A DNA stretch of 64,000 nucleotides from Sarea resinae (Eukaryota): the NCBI GenBank assembly GCA_026026165.1, contig JAPEUD010000011.1, positions 186,001 through 250,000 of the forward strand, written 5' to 3'. Under the pieces are notes generated by a model. It had not been told where the DNA came from. It saw only the letters and a list, made by a program, of their open reading frames with translations, and made no database searches. Below, in pieces: positions 24,855 to 37,941 of this stretch (positions are counted from its first letter, which is position 1; each line of letters starts with the position of its first letter). A program made the translations under genes and the position numbers.

Positions 24855-25855
24855 TCCGTACCTCTTCCTCTGCCACGAGAGACAGCCGTGGACACAACAC
24901 TGAGGTGTCTGCCCGTACTAGCGCCAGGTCAACTCGAGACAACGCCAAGAACAACACAACAACCTCTCGAACCCTCACGATCGGAATCTGCTCTCGCTCT
25001 ACCTCGATCGGTTTCTTGCCCTCTTCCATCGCCTCAACTCCATCGCTTTCTCCGGCGCCATCGTCCTCCAATTGTCCTCGGCAACATCACATCCTCCCGT
25101 CGTGGATGGGCCAAGAGAGACAACAATGGTTGTGGGTCGCCGTCATCGTTAAAGGAGTCTCTTGAAGACTGCATCGCCTGCCATTCGTTCGCGAAACCGT
25201 TCAATGGCCTTCTGCACTGGCTTGTGATTCCGTCCTTCCAGCCTTGATTTACTTGCATGCAGCAGTACTTGCACCCGCGTCACACAGTTCGACCTTGGGA
25301 GTCTCCCATTCACCACCGTTAGGCGTGGCAGGAACGACTGCTGCTCAACCTGAGGTACTAAGTCGATCTGTTGTTGCTCGGCTCTCTTGTTGATGCGCAC
25401 AGCCTTGAAAGAGCCATAACATTCATCCCTGCCTACGCCTCTCGAGGCCGCCTCGTTCCTTCTGTCGGGCACTTTGCGTTCCTTTCCTCGACGTTCCGAC
25501 CGAACCTTTTTCGGAAGCGACGGCTTTGCAACCTGGTTGTGGATTGAGAGCTCGACAACAAAGTGCGGTCAAACGGTTCAACGGGCGACTTGAGGCGCGC
25601 CTTCCTCCAAGGAAGGTGCTCGTTGAAGTCGAGCTTCAGGATTGTGTCACGGCTGTCGACACGGTCGGAGACGTTGGTTCGACACCCAGCTCTGCAATCG
25701 AGCTGCTAGGATTCCAGCGGAAGGAGTCGCGTGTGAGCGGTGAGCCATACTGACTTGCCAACACACGCGGATCATCAAGAAAGCATTGGAGGCTGCTTGT
25801 GCGGCCGATACTTAGTTCTCGATTGCGACTTCCTATTACGAGATATTTCGTGAGC

Positions 25856-28800
25856 ATGTCGTCGGCAGCGATGCAAGCCGCTCCTCAGCAGGCTCCGGCC
25901 TCGATCCCAATCGGTTCTGACGCGACGACAACAACAATGGCTCCAAGGAACTATCAACAGTCGGCCCCGTCTCGCGACGCCTACAATTCACAACCACCGG
26001 TGAATGCCCAACCTTCGCCATCATCGTCAAGGCGACCTTCCAAACGGCCAAGTGGAAATGAGGCATCGTCTACACCGAATAGCCCGCAGCAAGCACAATA
26101 CCAATCACCGATGGGGTCGACCACGTCCAATCTGACGACGCCTCGGGGCCAGCCAGCAGCTCAGACTGCTCACGTGTCGCCATCACTGTCTGCTGCGGTT
26201 GCAGCAACGTCTCGCAGTGCAGCTCAGGCCTCTCAGGCTGCCCAGCCTAGTGGCGGGCCGATTCCACCTCGGACGTCCTCAAATCAACCACGTTCTCAAC
26301 ATAACTCGCCAAGTACGGGGTCACACCTTGATGCGGCCACTTCCCGTAGAGCTGGTCAGGGACCCGACGGACGGCCTACTTCCTCGCGCAATGGAAACAA
26401 TGAAGACGGGAGAGAGCGCGGAGACTGGGATCGAGGTGCTGCAGGTGGTCATACGACTGGCGGTGAGCGGGAACGTGAGAGGCAGAAGGATGATGCAACT
26501 TCCGCAGCAGCGGCAGCCGCTCGATCAAGAAGGAAACCACAACAGTCTCCTCGTGAAAGACCACGTACAGCACCTAATACTCATGACGGTTCGGGCCCGG
26601 AAGCCACGCAAAGCCATTCTGCTCAGCAGCCTACGGGATCGAGCATACCTCGAGAGGGCAGTGCGGTGCTCAATCGCGTCGTCGTCACCGACCCTCAAGT
26701 TGATCTGAGTCGAGAGCATGAGCGCATGGCCGAATCGAGACCCACGACTGCCGGACAAGATGTCACACCTGTGACTGGTCTCGGTCTCGTGGGAAGTGAA
26801 GGTGTCGAAGATGGCGGACGTGGAGGTGGCAAGAGTAGACAGGATCACTCCGCGGCTAATGCGAGACGCAAAGAGACAAAGTTCGGAGAGTACATACTCG
26901 GACAGACGTTGGGGGAAGGAGAGTTTGGCAAGGTGAAGATGGGCTGGAAAAAGGAGGGCGGCGTTCAGGTTGCCATCAAGCTCATTCGACGCGAAAGCCT
27001 GGGGTCCAATCCTAGCCGTCTGCCGAAGATTTATCGCGAGATCTCGATTCTGAGAGGGCTTTCACATCCCAACATCGTGCGTCTGCATGAGATGGTAGAA
27101 ACCGAGCGACATATCGGCATCATTCTGGAATACGCCTCTGGCGGTGAACTCTTCGACTACATTCTCAATCATCGATATCTCAAGGACAATGCCGCCCGTC
27201 GGTTGTTTGCTCAACTAGTATCTGGAGTGGGATACCTTCACAAGAAGGGAATTGTCCATCGCGACCTCAAACTGGAAAATTTACTGCTGGATCGCAATCG
27301 CAACATCATCATCACGGATTTCGGCTTCGCTAATACCTTCGACCCTTTCGACGACCTTGGCGACGAGATTGAGTATAATTTGACCAATCGAGACTTTGTC
27401 AAGAAGATGGATCTCGAGCGTGTCCGTGACAGTGGACACCGGAGAGGCGACCTCATGCAGACCAGTTGCGGAAGTCCGTGCTACGCCGCTCCCGAGCTGG
27501 TCGTCAGCGATTCTCTTTACACTGGCCGGAAAGTTGACGTGTGGAGTTGCGGGGTGATCTTGGTACGTGCAGAGAAAACTCGTTGATGGTATCTTTGCTG
27601 ATGAATCTTCTCCTTCAGTACGCTATGCTTGCCGGGTATCTGCCATTTGATGATGATCCAGCGAATCCCGAAGGCGACAATATCAACCTCTTGTACAAGT
27701 ATATTGTGTCTACCCCATTGACCTTCCCAGAATATGTCACCCCGCATGCTCGCGATCTCCTTCGGCGGATACTAGTTCCAGATCCAAGAAAGAGAGCGGA
27801 CCTCTTCGAGGTCGCTCGGCATAGCTGGTTGAGCGAGTATTCGCACGTTGTTTCGTTTATCACTAGTAGCACTACGACCACTGGAGATATCGCAAACACC
27901 ACTGTTACTGCTGGTAGGCCATTTTCTAAACATATATCCTTTCGGAGTCTTATTAGGCGAATCTTTGGGATCAAATCTACTTGTGCCTTACATGAACTAA
28001 CATCTGGCGCAGAAGATGCCCAAGAGGTGCCGCTTCTCGCCCGCAGCGCTTCCGTTCGGGAGCCCACGAAGGCGCATCAACCTAGATCACCAGTCGGCGG
28101 CCTTAGTCAGAAGCATGCGCAGATTGACCCCGAGCAACAAAATGACAAGTCCAAGACACAGCGCGACGCGAAGCGAAGGACGGTGCAAGTGGAATATGTG
28201 CCTCCACAATCCCAGACGGCTAGAGGAGAGAATTCAGCGTCTGCGAGTCCTACCGCACCTGCTGCGGCCCAACCTGTAGGTGCTGCCAGCGCTTCCAAGA
28301 CTCGAGCAAGACATGATGGACCGGTCGACGTGCCGAAACAGTTGGAGGTTACACCGCACATGTCATCGCGAAATGCAGCTACCACAAAACCACTTCCGAA
28401 AGACCCACCTGGTGCAAGAGCATCTAGGCAAGCTCAGACATACACGAGCGCCCCCGTAAGTGGACGTAGCCAGCAACGACCACAAGAAGGTCAGCATGCT
28501 ACTCGAGCAGTGCGAGATCTTCCGCGATCGGTCTCGGAGGCCACTGGAGCTCATGGCGTGAATCAAAACGCTGGTGCTTCTGCAGCAAGGCCCGCTACTG
28601 GAAAGTCCATGGGGTCCATTGGTGGAGAGAGATCGGATAGCGTGAGACTTCCATCTCGCGGTAATTCATACGGGCTACCTGTTGCCCCGGCTGTGGCCGC
28701 GACTAACGCACAGGGTCGACTCGCTCAGCCCAAAAATGGGAAACAATATGTCATCTCCAGTCCTATTCCTCAGCAAGACCCATTCATTCAGGATGGCTCT

Positions 28801-29829
28801 ATTGGGAGGCCGAGCACTCAGCAACTTCCAGTAAAAGCTGTTCACGGCGCAGCCCCATCCGCGCAAGGTCAGGGCCAGCGTGGCCACAAGCGGTCAAACA
28901 CCGTTGGTGGAATTTCCGAGAAAATTTTCGGTCGATCGGCGTCTTTATTCGGCGGAAGACCGCAAACACAGTCTTCTCACGAACCCCCTCAACAGCGGCC
29001 TCAGAAATCTTACCCACCAACCAGTATGAGCGGTCCTATCGCTACAGCAGCAGATATGCCACGTCCATCCACAGACTCTCGCCGCTCTAGCTCTTTTGGA
29101 TTCGTTCGAAAGAACAGTGATTTGGCGGCGGCTGCTCGAGAGAGACCGAGAAGATTCTCTTTGTTGCCAGCATCGTTTTCCTTCAAATCGTTTGCCGGCA
29201 CCCCCCGTGATCATACACCGCCGGGTTCTTCACAATCGATGGCTGGGAGACGAGGATCGGTCCAAGTGCCCGTGAGCAGAGGAGGACCAATCCAGCAGGA
29301 GGCACCTATTTATGCGAGAGACGCAGACCGTTCTGTTAGCGGAAGTACTGAAGGCAGCGGCCAACTTGTTACCGATGGACAATATGAGCGGATCCACGAT
29401 AGTTTTGCGCAGCATCCCCGAATGGAGAATATCCCAGCCCCAAGTTCCCGGTATCCTCAGCAGCAGTCGAGTGGGTATCACGCACCACAACTCGGCAACT
29501 ACAGCGGGTCGAACATTCAGTATCCTTCTGAGAATCCTCCGCAAAGCGAGTCTGGCTTGCCTACTGAGTCTGAGTCTTCTTTGAATGCAACACAAGGGCA
29601 ACCTCAGTATCCTCCGGGGTTCAATTCTGACGACGATGACTCTCGGATGCAGCGAAAGCGGTCGGGCCGAGGCCCAGGAGTTCTCCAAAAGAACAACAGA
29701 AAGTTCACGGACGCCTACGAACAGGAGCAGGATGGGGGTTACGGTCAGCATAGTGCAGGTAGTTCCGGAGCTGCGCGGAAAGTGATGGACTTTTTCAGGA
29801 GGAGAGGGCGAGCTAGAGAGATGAATTAG
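25856..29829 (+). CDS. KIN4: CAMK-group Ser/Thr kinase, Kin4/Ppk1-like, 2 introns (27563-27618, 27914-28012)
   Basis: [40 protein letters not shown] with insert, [36 protein letters not shown]-terminal [15 protein letters not shown] characteristic of Kin4-like kinases. Confidence 0.88.
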
Positions 29830-31499
29830 AGATGAGGATGGAGGCGACCTATTGGCCATGGCTTCAGAAGAGTACGTAGGTCAAAGTCTCTCAAATGGCT
29901 TCATTGTCTCGATCACCAAACCAAGTTGACGGCGGTGGGTGGCTGAATTCAATTTGTTCCTCGTCCAGGCATTGCATAGTCTGCGCAGGATGGAGCGTTT
30001 TTCCTTGATCCGCCCGAGGTTGCGAGGTTGGCTTGTGTCACACCCTGCCTTTTTTTCTTTTTTTCTTTTGTTCCTCCATTTTGTCGGCACTGCAATCGGG
30101 GAAGCGTCGGTGCTGGAGTTTCTTATTTTAATAGGCTTTTTCTTCTCTCCGCTATACTCTCACTCACACACTCAATCAGTCATTTCATGTTCATTCTTGT
30201 AGATTGTGTTGCCTCTTCTTTCCTTGAGTCTCTTCTTGCGAGAGTGATAGAGGAAGCGGGCTCTCTTGCTGTTGGCTTAGGCCTCTATCTTCGAACGCGG
30301 TTGGGGTAATACTAGAGGATGGCGAGACGGCGGTGGCGGATAGTAAGCAGTTCGGCGAGTCCAAAGCAAGCAAACAAGCAAAGCAGATATAATAAAGATA
30401 CCATTCAAGCTCCGCGTTGTGGGCTTTTCTCATCGGGATTTGATTGATTCGTAATTAGAGAGGGCAAGGGTGATTTAAGTCGATTCAACTACTTTAAGGG
30501 GGGTTTGGGTCCTTCATGAAGTTCTTTGATTAGGTATTTTCGTGAGTGATGCTGTGTTCGCTTTCGACGCTCCTGTAAAATGGTGAAAGGACGAACGAGC
30601 TTGGTGGATGATTGTATGATTTGATTCTCGGCCACATTCTCGGCCCTTTTGGCGATGCCGGTCCCAATGCAGCCACGGCGCGACTTTATTATATCAACGA
30701 TCATGATGTAACGACGTCATCGGACCGGCGTGATGCTACCTCACCTCACGAGGAAGCATTCCTCCATCTGGCGGTGTACGCCCGCCTGTCCAACTACCTA
30801 TCTACTAGATCTCTGGTGATGCCCTCATCTGTCGTTTACTTGTCTACCTAGTACGTACGAGTGGGAGCCACGAACATTAATCGTGACAACCGGCCATCGA
30901 CGCCCCGCGCGCGATCATACCTCGTTCCATTTCAAGGCTGCAGTGGTGCATTGGGTGATCCTTGCCCGGGAATAATATAGCCGCCGCCTTCTCTTCCGCC
31001 CACCTGTTGACTGGTCTGCATCTGCATGCAACGGCCCCGCGCGCGTTCCGTGTTCATCAGCATAATAATACGAGGTCACATCTCGACGCCGGCCCACCAT
31101 TACCGTGGTACGAATACTCCTCGATCTTTTCCATGCAGGCCGCTGCGGGAATCTGCACGCTGCACCTATCCGGGGGCCCTTTTGCGGGGAAATAAACGGC
31201 CAAATCTCAGGGCCTTGCTTTGCCTTGCAATACATTGCAGCCAGACGGCCCGTGCGTGATTGATCATGGGAGCTATTGTGACTAACGGCATTGGCGATGA
31301 TGTCGCTACTTCGGGGTCAACACTCAATGCGTCTGCTTTTAAGCTCTCCGATCTGGCATCACCCGACTTCGGCTGTGTTTATGGGGTGTATATAGTCTTT
31401 CCTTGTGCCTTGCTTGGCTTTGCGATTTGGACTACCGGTGTTCTTGTTTATGGTCGATATCATTATTCGTCTCGACGCGGGGACCTTTCTTTTGCCAGT

Positions 31500-34400
31500 A
31501 TGGTTCGCTCACCTCAGCTCATGGTGGATTGTATCATGTTCTTCATTTATTTTCTATTGCTAGGATATGGCTTTGCGGCAGCCTATCCGTCGGCGAGCTC
31601 TGATAGCCAAACATCCGTGCAAGCCAGCGAAACTTTGACGTCCTATAGGGCCATCTTCACTGCTCCCGCTTCTGAAGACGATGGCCAGGCACTCGTTTCT
31701 AACATTGATGACCTGCAAGCCGTTGATGCACAAACTGTCTGTCCAGGATATACGGCATCGGACCTGAGGATCACTCCCACCAGTCTGACAGCGACTCTTT
31801 CATTGGCGGGAGATCCTTGCAACATCTACGGCACCGACATTGATCGTTTGAGTTTGACCGTCGAGTATCAGTCTGCCGATAGACTACACGTTGAGATCAT
31901 TCCTGCCGTCATCGATGCGTCTAATAGCTCGTGGTACATGATCCCGGATCATCTTGTTCATAAGCCTACAGTCGACCCAGACGCAAATGCCACCGCCTCT
32001 GACAGCGATCTCGCTTTTGGATGGAGCAACGACCCGACGTTCTCCTTTACCGTCACGAGAAAATCTACCAGGGATGTACTCTTCACCACCGCCGGTTCTA
32101 AAATCGTATTCGAGAATCAATTCCTTGAGTTTGCTAGTCCTCTTCCCGCGAATTACAATCTCTACGGTCTGGGCGAGTCAATCCATGGATTCCGCCTTGG
32201 CAACAACTTTACGAAAACGATGTATGCGGCGGATACTCCGGACACAATTGACACGTAAGGAGAATGCTTCTTGCTTGCGGTGTGAGCTAACGAGAAAAGT
32301 AACCTATATGGTACACACCCGTTCTATCTCGACACAAGATACTATGAGGTAGATGCAGACTCAGACAACATGACCCTCGTCACGACGGATGAATACGATC
32401 CTTTAGCGGAATACATCTCCTTTTCTCATGGAGTGTATTCTCGCAACGCCCATGGCCAAGAGATCCTCTTGAAGCCTCAGAACATTACCTGGCGAACCAT
32501 CGGTGGCAGTATTGATCTTTACTTTTATGCTGGTCCGTCTCAACAAGAGGTGACGCAAAGTTACCAGAAGAGTGCAATTGGTTTGCCGGCTATGCAGCAG
32601 TATTTCACCTTTGGCTTTCATCAGTGCCGGTGGGGATATCAAAACTGGTCTGTGGTTGAGGATGTTGTTGCAAATTTTGAGCGATTTGGTATTCCGCTGG
32701 AGAATATATGGTGAGACATCCGTAAAGAGTGACCTGCTCCTGAGGTTGGCACTGACACTCAATCACAGGTCCGATATTGATTATATGAATCAATACCGCG
32801 ACTTTGAGAATGATCAGAACACGTTTGGCTACGCCGAGGGTCAGAAATTTCTAGCGTCTCTGCACGCCAGTGGTCGACACTATATTCCGATTGTTGACTC
32901 TGCCATTTACATTCCCAACCCAGAGAATGCCAGTGATGCGTATGTTTCAAGCCTTTTCTTATCACAATCCTTCTGACTTTTCAGGTACCCCATTTTTGAT
33001 CGAGGCAACGCGGCAGACTCGTTTATGAAGAACCCAGATGGAAGTCTCTATATCGGGCAAGTCTGGCCAGGATACACTGTATTTCCTGATTGGGAATCGG
33101 CAGGCGCTGTCCCATGGTGGACAGATGAGCTGGTGAAGTGGCACGATCAGATCCCCTTTGATGGCATTTGGATCGATATGAATGAAGTTTCTTCGTTTTG
33201 TGTAGGGAGTTGTGGCTCTGCTAACCGTACCTTGAATCCTGTTCATCCTGGCTTCGCTCTGCCCGGGGAACCTGGGAACTTGGTGCTCGAGTACCCGGAA
33301 GCTTTCAACGCGACCAACGCAACTGAGGCAGCTTCTGCGTCTTCTGCTGCTGCCGCTGCTGCTTCATCTACACCAACAGCTACTTCTACTTCCAACGCCG
33401 CCGCGACGATGTATGTGCGGTCTTCGCCTACGCCCGGGACACGCAATATCAACGATCCGCCGTATGTGATCAACAACGTTCAAGGCGATCTGGCAGTCCA
33501 TGCCGTGTCTCCTAATGCGACCCATATCGATGGGAGTGTCGAGTACGACATTCACAATTTATTCGGACACCAAATTCTGAATGCTACTTACAACGCTCTT
33601 CTGAACGTTTTCCCCGGGAAACGGCCCTTTATCATCGGACGCTCGACGTTTGCAGGAAGCGGCATGTTTGCCGGTCACTGGGGCGGAGACAATATGTCCC
33701 GCTGGGCATATATGTTCTTCTCCATCCCGCAAGCTCTGTCCTTTTCGCTTTTCGGGATTCCCATGTTTGGAGTCGACACCTGCGGCTTCAACGATAACAG
33801 CGACGAAGAACTCTGTAATCGCTGGATGCAACTTTCAGCATTCTTCCCTTTTTACCGCAACCACAACACCATCGGCGCTATCGGTCAAGAACCCTACGTC
33901 TGGGCCAGCGTGACCGAGGCAAGTATAGCGGCAATGAGTATCCGCTACCAGCTTTTGCCGTACATGTACACTCTCTTCCACTTTGCCCATACCACGGGAT
34001 CGACGGTTATGCGCGCGCTAGCTTGGGAGTTCCCTAATGATCCTTCTCTTGCCGCTGCAGACCGCCAATTCCTTCTGGGCCCATCGATCCTCGTGACGCC
34101 TGTGCTGGAACCTCAGGCCGTCACCGTCGATGGGGTGTTTCCGGGCATCTCTCAGGGCGAGGTCTGGTACGACTGGTATAATCAGTCTGCCGTGTCCGCC
34201 GTGGCGGGACAGAATACCACCATTAACGCACCCTTGGGACATATACCCGTCTACGTACGTGGCGGGTCCGTATTGCCTCTGCAGCAGGCGGCAATGACGA
34301 CGGCCAAGGCGCGAGCGACGCCCTGGAGCCTGATAGCGGCACTGGGGCGCAACGGAACGGCTGAGGGAGCTCTGTATCTGGACGACGGAGAGAGCCTAGT

Positions 34401-34783
34401 GCCGGCGGACACGTTGCTAGTGAATGTAAATCTTGCCCTTCCTCTATCTCATGTGCGTCATCGCTGATCAAAACAATCCTCAGTTCACCGTCGCGAATAA
34501 CACCCTCTCCGCTGCAAGCAACGGCACTTACCCGGACGCCAATCCCCTCTCCAACATCACCGTTCTCGGCGTCCTCCCGAATCAGAGCTCCAACCAGAGC
34601 AGCTCCCAGACCTCCACCTCTTTGCTCACCTTTACGGCGTCCCTCAATGGCGTCGCTCTTGATGCGGCCGACGTCGCTTATAATGCTACGTCCAACGTGT
34701 TGCTGATCTCGCATCTGGACGCCCTGTTTGCTTCTGGGGCGTGGAAGGAGAGTTGGTCCATCTCGTGGGAGCTACGCACGTGA
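31500..34783 (+). CDS. Secreted GH31 alpha-glucosidase, 4 introns
   Basis: Hydrophobic signal (FFIYFLLLGYGFAAAYP), CPGYTAS..CNIYGTDI, NLYGTHPFY, GFHQCRWGY, DIDYM, catalytic DGIWIDMNE, GHWGGDN, DEELCNRWMQLSAFFPFYRNHN, LYLDDGES. Start uncertain (in-frame ATGs at 31266, 31500, 31521, 31536). Confidence 0.93.
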
Positions 34784-35225
34784 TGAGACGCGTAGGTGTG
34801 AATACTGAGGTGAATGATGTTAGTATTGACGTTGACGTTGACGTTGACATTGGCCTCTTATTATGTCGAGCGTGCTTGAAAAATGAAGGAGGAAAGGGGG
34901 AGACGGTAGATGGGAGATGTATGTATTATCAGAAAGGGGAAAACGGAAAACGGAAAACGGAAAACCAAAACCACAAGGACAAAAGGTGGTGGGTGGGTGG
35001 GTGGATGGGTAAGTGGTAGTGGTGGATGGATTGGCGAGAGAGCCAAAAAAAAAGGCGTATTGATAAATCAAACACAAAACATTTCTCCTCTCCTCTTCTC
35101 TCTTGTCTTGTTGAGATTGCTACGACGTACCCCTTGAATCATCTTTATCGTAATACGCATCTTCCTCAAAAGAAAGTGTTTCCCCCCCCCCTTCTCCCCA
35201 ATATCTCTCCACTATCGCCTAACGC

Positions 35226-37258
35226 CTAACGCCTACAACCCTCAAACCCCAAAACCTGATTCGCGGCCCCTAAGAGAGCTCTCTGACCCTCTTTCCCCTT
35301 CTCCCCATTTTCCTTCTCATCCCCCTCCTCTTTCTCCTTCCCCACCTTCTTCTCAGTATCAATATCACACTCATCCCCATCGCAGGCCCACGCCCGCAAA
35401 CCAAACGCGCGCAGGCCCTGCTCGTCCGAGAAAGCGGCCACGTCGGCGGCGCGGGACAGGCGGCCGAGATGCGCCGACTCGCCGAGTCCGCCGGGGAAGT
35501 CGGGGGGTGGTGTGCCTGGGGGGTTTGGGGGAGATTTAGAGGGGGGGTGTTTTTTATTGGGAGAGGAAAGGGGTGGTTGGTGGGATGAGAGAGGGAGGTG
35601 GGGAGAGTGGGGGTCAGAAGAGGGGGTATGGTGGTTGGTTGAATGGTTGGAAGAGGGGGAAAAGAGGAGAGGGAAGGGGGAATCGAGATGGTGGTGATGG
35701 TGGTGATGGTGGTGATGGTGGTGATGATGATGATGATGATGAGGAGGACGATGGTGATGAGGATGAGGATGAGGGAAATAGGGGAAGCAAAATGGGGCCG
35801 TACCGGATGAAAAGGCCTCGCGCTGACGGGCCAGATAGCGCGCGTTTTGCACGGTCAGCGGACAGGCCGGGATGTACATGACGCTGGAGTCGGCCGTGCC
35901 GCCGTGGACGCTGTCGACGGCGTGGATGGCTGTGGGTTTTGGATCGTTTGTACTGTTAGAGAGAAAGCGTCTGCGTGAAGACGAGGACGCGGACGAGAAT
36001 GATGATGAGAACAGGGTCCGACAGGGCGTGGCATAAAAGGAAAAAGGGGTAAACTCAAAAGACTCACTGTCGCAATGCCAGGCCACGTAATCGCCCGGCC
36101 GAACCTCGGGGACGTGGGCCATTGACTTCGAGAGGTCGAGGTGCGGATGCAGGAGCTCGTTCAGCTCCTGGCCGTGCGAGGGGATGGCCCCGTGGAGCGT
36201 GGAAACGGGCTCGAGATCCAGCTTCCAGTTGCTCGAGCTCAGAAAGTCATCCGCATCAGAAAAAGAAGCAGGATCTCGTTTGGGCGAGAAAAAGGGCCGC
36301 AGGAGGAGATAGGCCGTCGCTCTCGAGAGCAAGGGGTTGACGAGCAGAGTGCCCTCGTTCGGCCCCGTCGTCGACATCGAAAGCCAGCCTTGGTACATGC
36401 GGAACATCGAGCAGGCGCCCGGGCCGTGGTACCGGTCCATGACGACTGGCAGACGGCAACTCGACTCCCACGGATCATACTCTTCCCAGCTGCCGGCCCA
36501 GATCTTGTCGTAGACGCCGCCCTGGCCATAGCCTTCCTCTTCCCACCGCTCCACGCTGCCGCCGTCGACGTGAGCTCCCAGTGCAAATTGCGCGTCTCCC
36601 GGATGCCGGATCCGGAGCCGGTCGGCGTATGCCACGGGATGCGAGGAGGATATGAGAGCGGTCTTGTCGGCGGAGTGCCAGAAGCTCATCAGGAAACGCT
36701 GGGCCTTGAGAAGGTTTGGATGAGCACGGGCACGGAGTTGGCTTGGCGACCAGTATAATTCAAAAACCTGCGGGTCATCGGGTGGGAAAGCTGCGGCTCA
36801 TCATCAGCGGCTGCTGTGGGCGATCGATCTGAAAATAAAGTCAAACCTTTCGTCTGAGGATTATCTTTGACATATTTCCTAATGGCATCCTTATATCCAA
36901 CCGCCTCCTTCTCTGGAACCACCCCCCGGATCACCGCAACACCCCTCTTCCTATGCTCGCGCACAAACGACTCCGAGGCCTTGTCGATGTCTTGGAAATC
37001 GATTTCTGGTATTACCCGAGGCCCAAGCTGGTGGATGACGGGGATCTCCCGGCGAAGCTCCTTTAGGAGTCTCTCCCAGCTCGCACGCACCTGGTCCTCG
37101 TGGCCTTTGATCAGGCGAGCTTTGAGGTCTGCAAAGTGCTGCGGCAAGGGCTCGGCTTTCAGTCCCGACAGTGATGCAAACACTGTGGAAATGTCTCCTT
37201 CCCTCTTGGCTGCTGTTGCTGCTGCCGCTGCCGCCTGTCTTCGCAGTGTTGAGAACAT
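35226..37258 (-). CDS. DUF1479 / Gig2-like (2OG-Fe(II) oxygenase-fold) protein, 3 introns (~36790-36846, 35930-36067, 35516-35803)
   Basis: KREGDISTVFASLSG, IPEIDF, RGVAVIRGVV, YADRLRIRHPGDAQFALGAHVDGGSVERWE, CSMFRMYQGWLSMS, PGDYVAWHCD|TIHAVD, VMYIPACP, G|TPPPDFPGG. The N-term MFSTLRRQAAAA resembles a mitochondrial presequence. Confidence 0.88.
35687..35774. repeat. (GGT/GAT)n trinucleotide repeat tract within DUF1479 intron
   Basis: gatggtggtgatggtggtgatggtggtgatggtggtgatgatgatgatgatgat; minus strand = 18 consecutive CAY triplets. Confidence 0.9.
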
Positions 37259-37941
37259 CGTGCTGTTTATGGGTAGGCCTTTGAGGAGAACAATAACATC
37301 GAATGGGGAGATGTATTAGCGTAGAATGGTCCCTGAGCTCTTCAATGCATGCTCCTGGCTAGAACATACTCGACCGAGGTCCGCAATATTCATTTCATTC
37401 GATAGAGAGTTGGGTCATAGATACCTGAAAACATCCCCAGTTGCGGGGTGGGGATCTACAATCAAGCGGATCGACAGTGATCGTCGATCATATATATCCA
37501 GGCGCTCCGATTCGCGAGACCCGTCCAGACCCAGACCCCCCTAAATCCCCTAACCCCGCAAGCAGGACTTGAGCCAGCCCACCTAAAATGATTTGAACAG
37601 TGCACCATTCGTCTGATGTTGAACAGATTGCTACGGCCATGGTAGGTAGGCCCCCTGAGAGTGTCTCGAATAAGGCCTGGCTAGAAAGACATGGTATGTC
37701 CCAGCATTTGTTGTGACGCTGACTGAATAAGACAAATTTACGTCCTCCTTGTTCGAGAACGTCAATCTATGTAAAGAAGTGCAAAAAGGGATCTATAATT
37801 GCCTCGTTACAGGCCTCGACATTTCCCTTGAACGACCATCTTAATCTATGTGCCTTCACTGCCTAGACTCCATGTAGAGTAGTATTGATGGAATACTATA
37901 GAAATAGAAACGATTTTGAATGGCAAAGATGCAGAGGCTGA

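Noticed and set aside
24328..25247. Overlapping 147-247-aa ORFs on both strands with poly-G/V/P/H runs
   Set aside because: Explained by the ACC/ACT repeat and GC-rich promoter/leader sequence; non-ATG starts and no coding bias.
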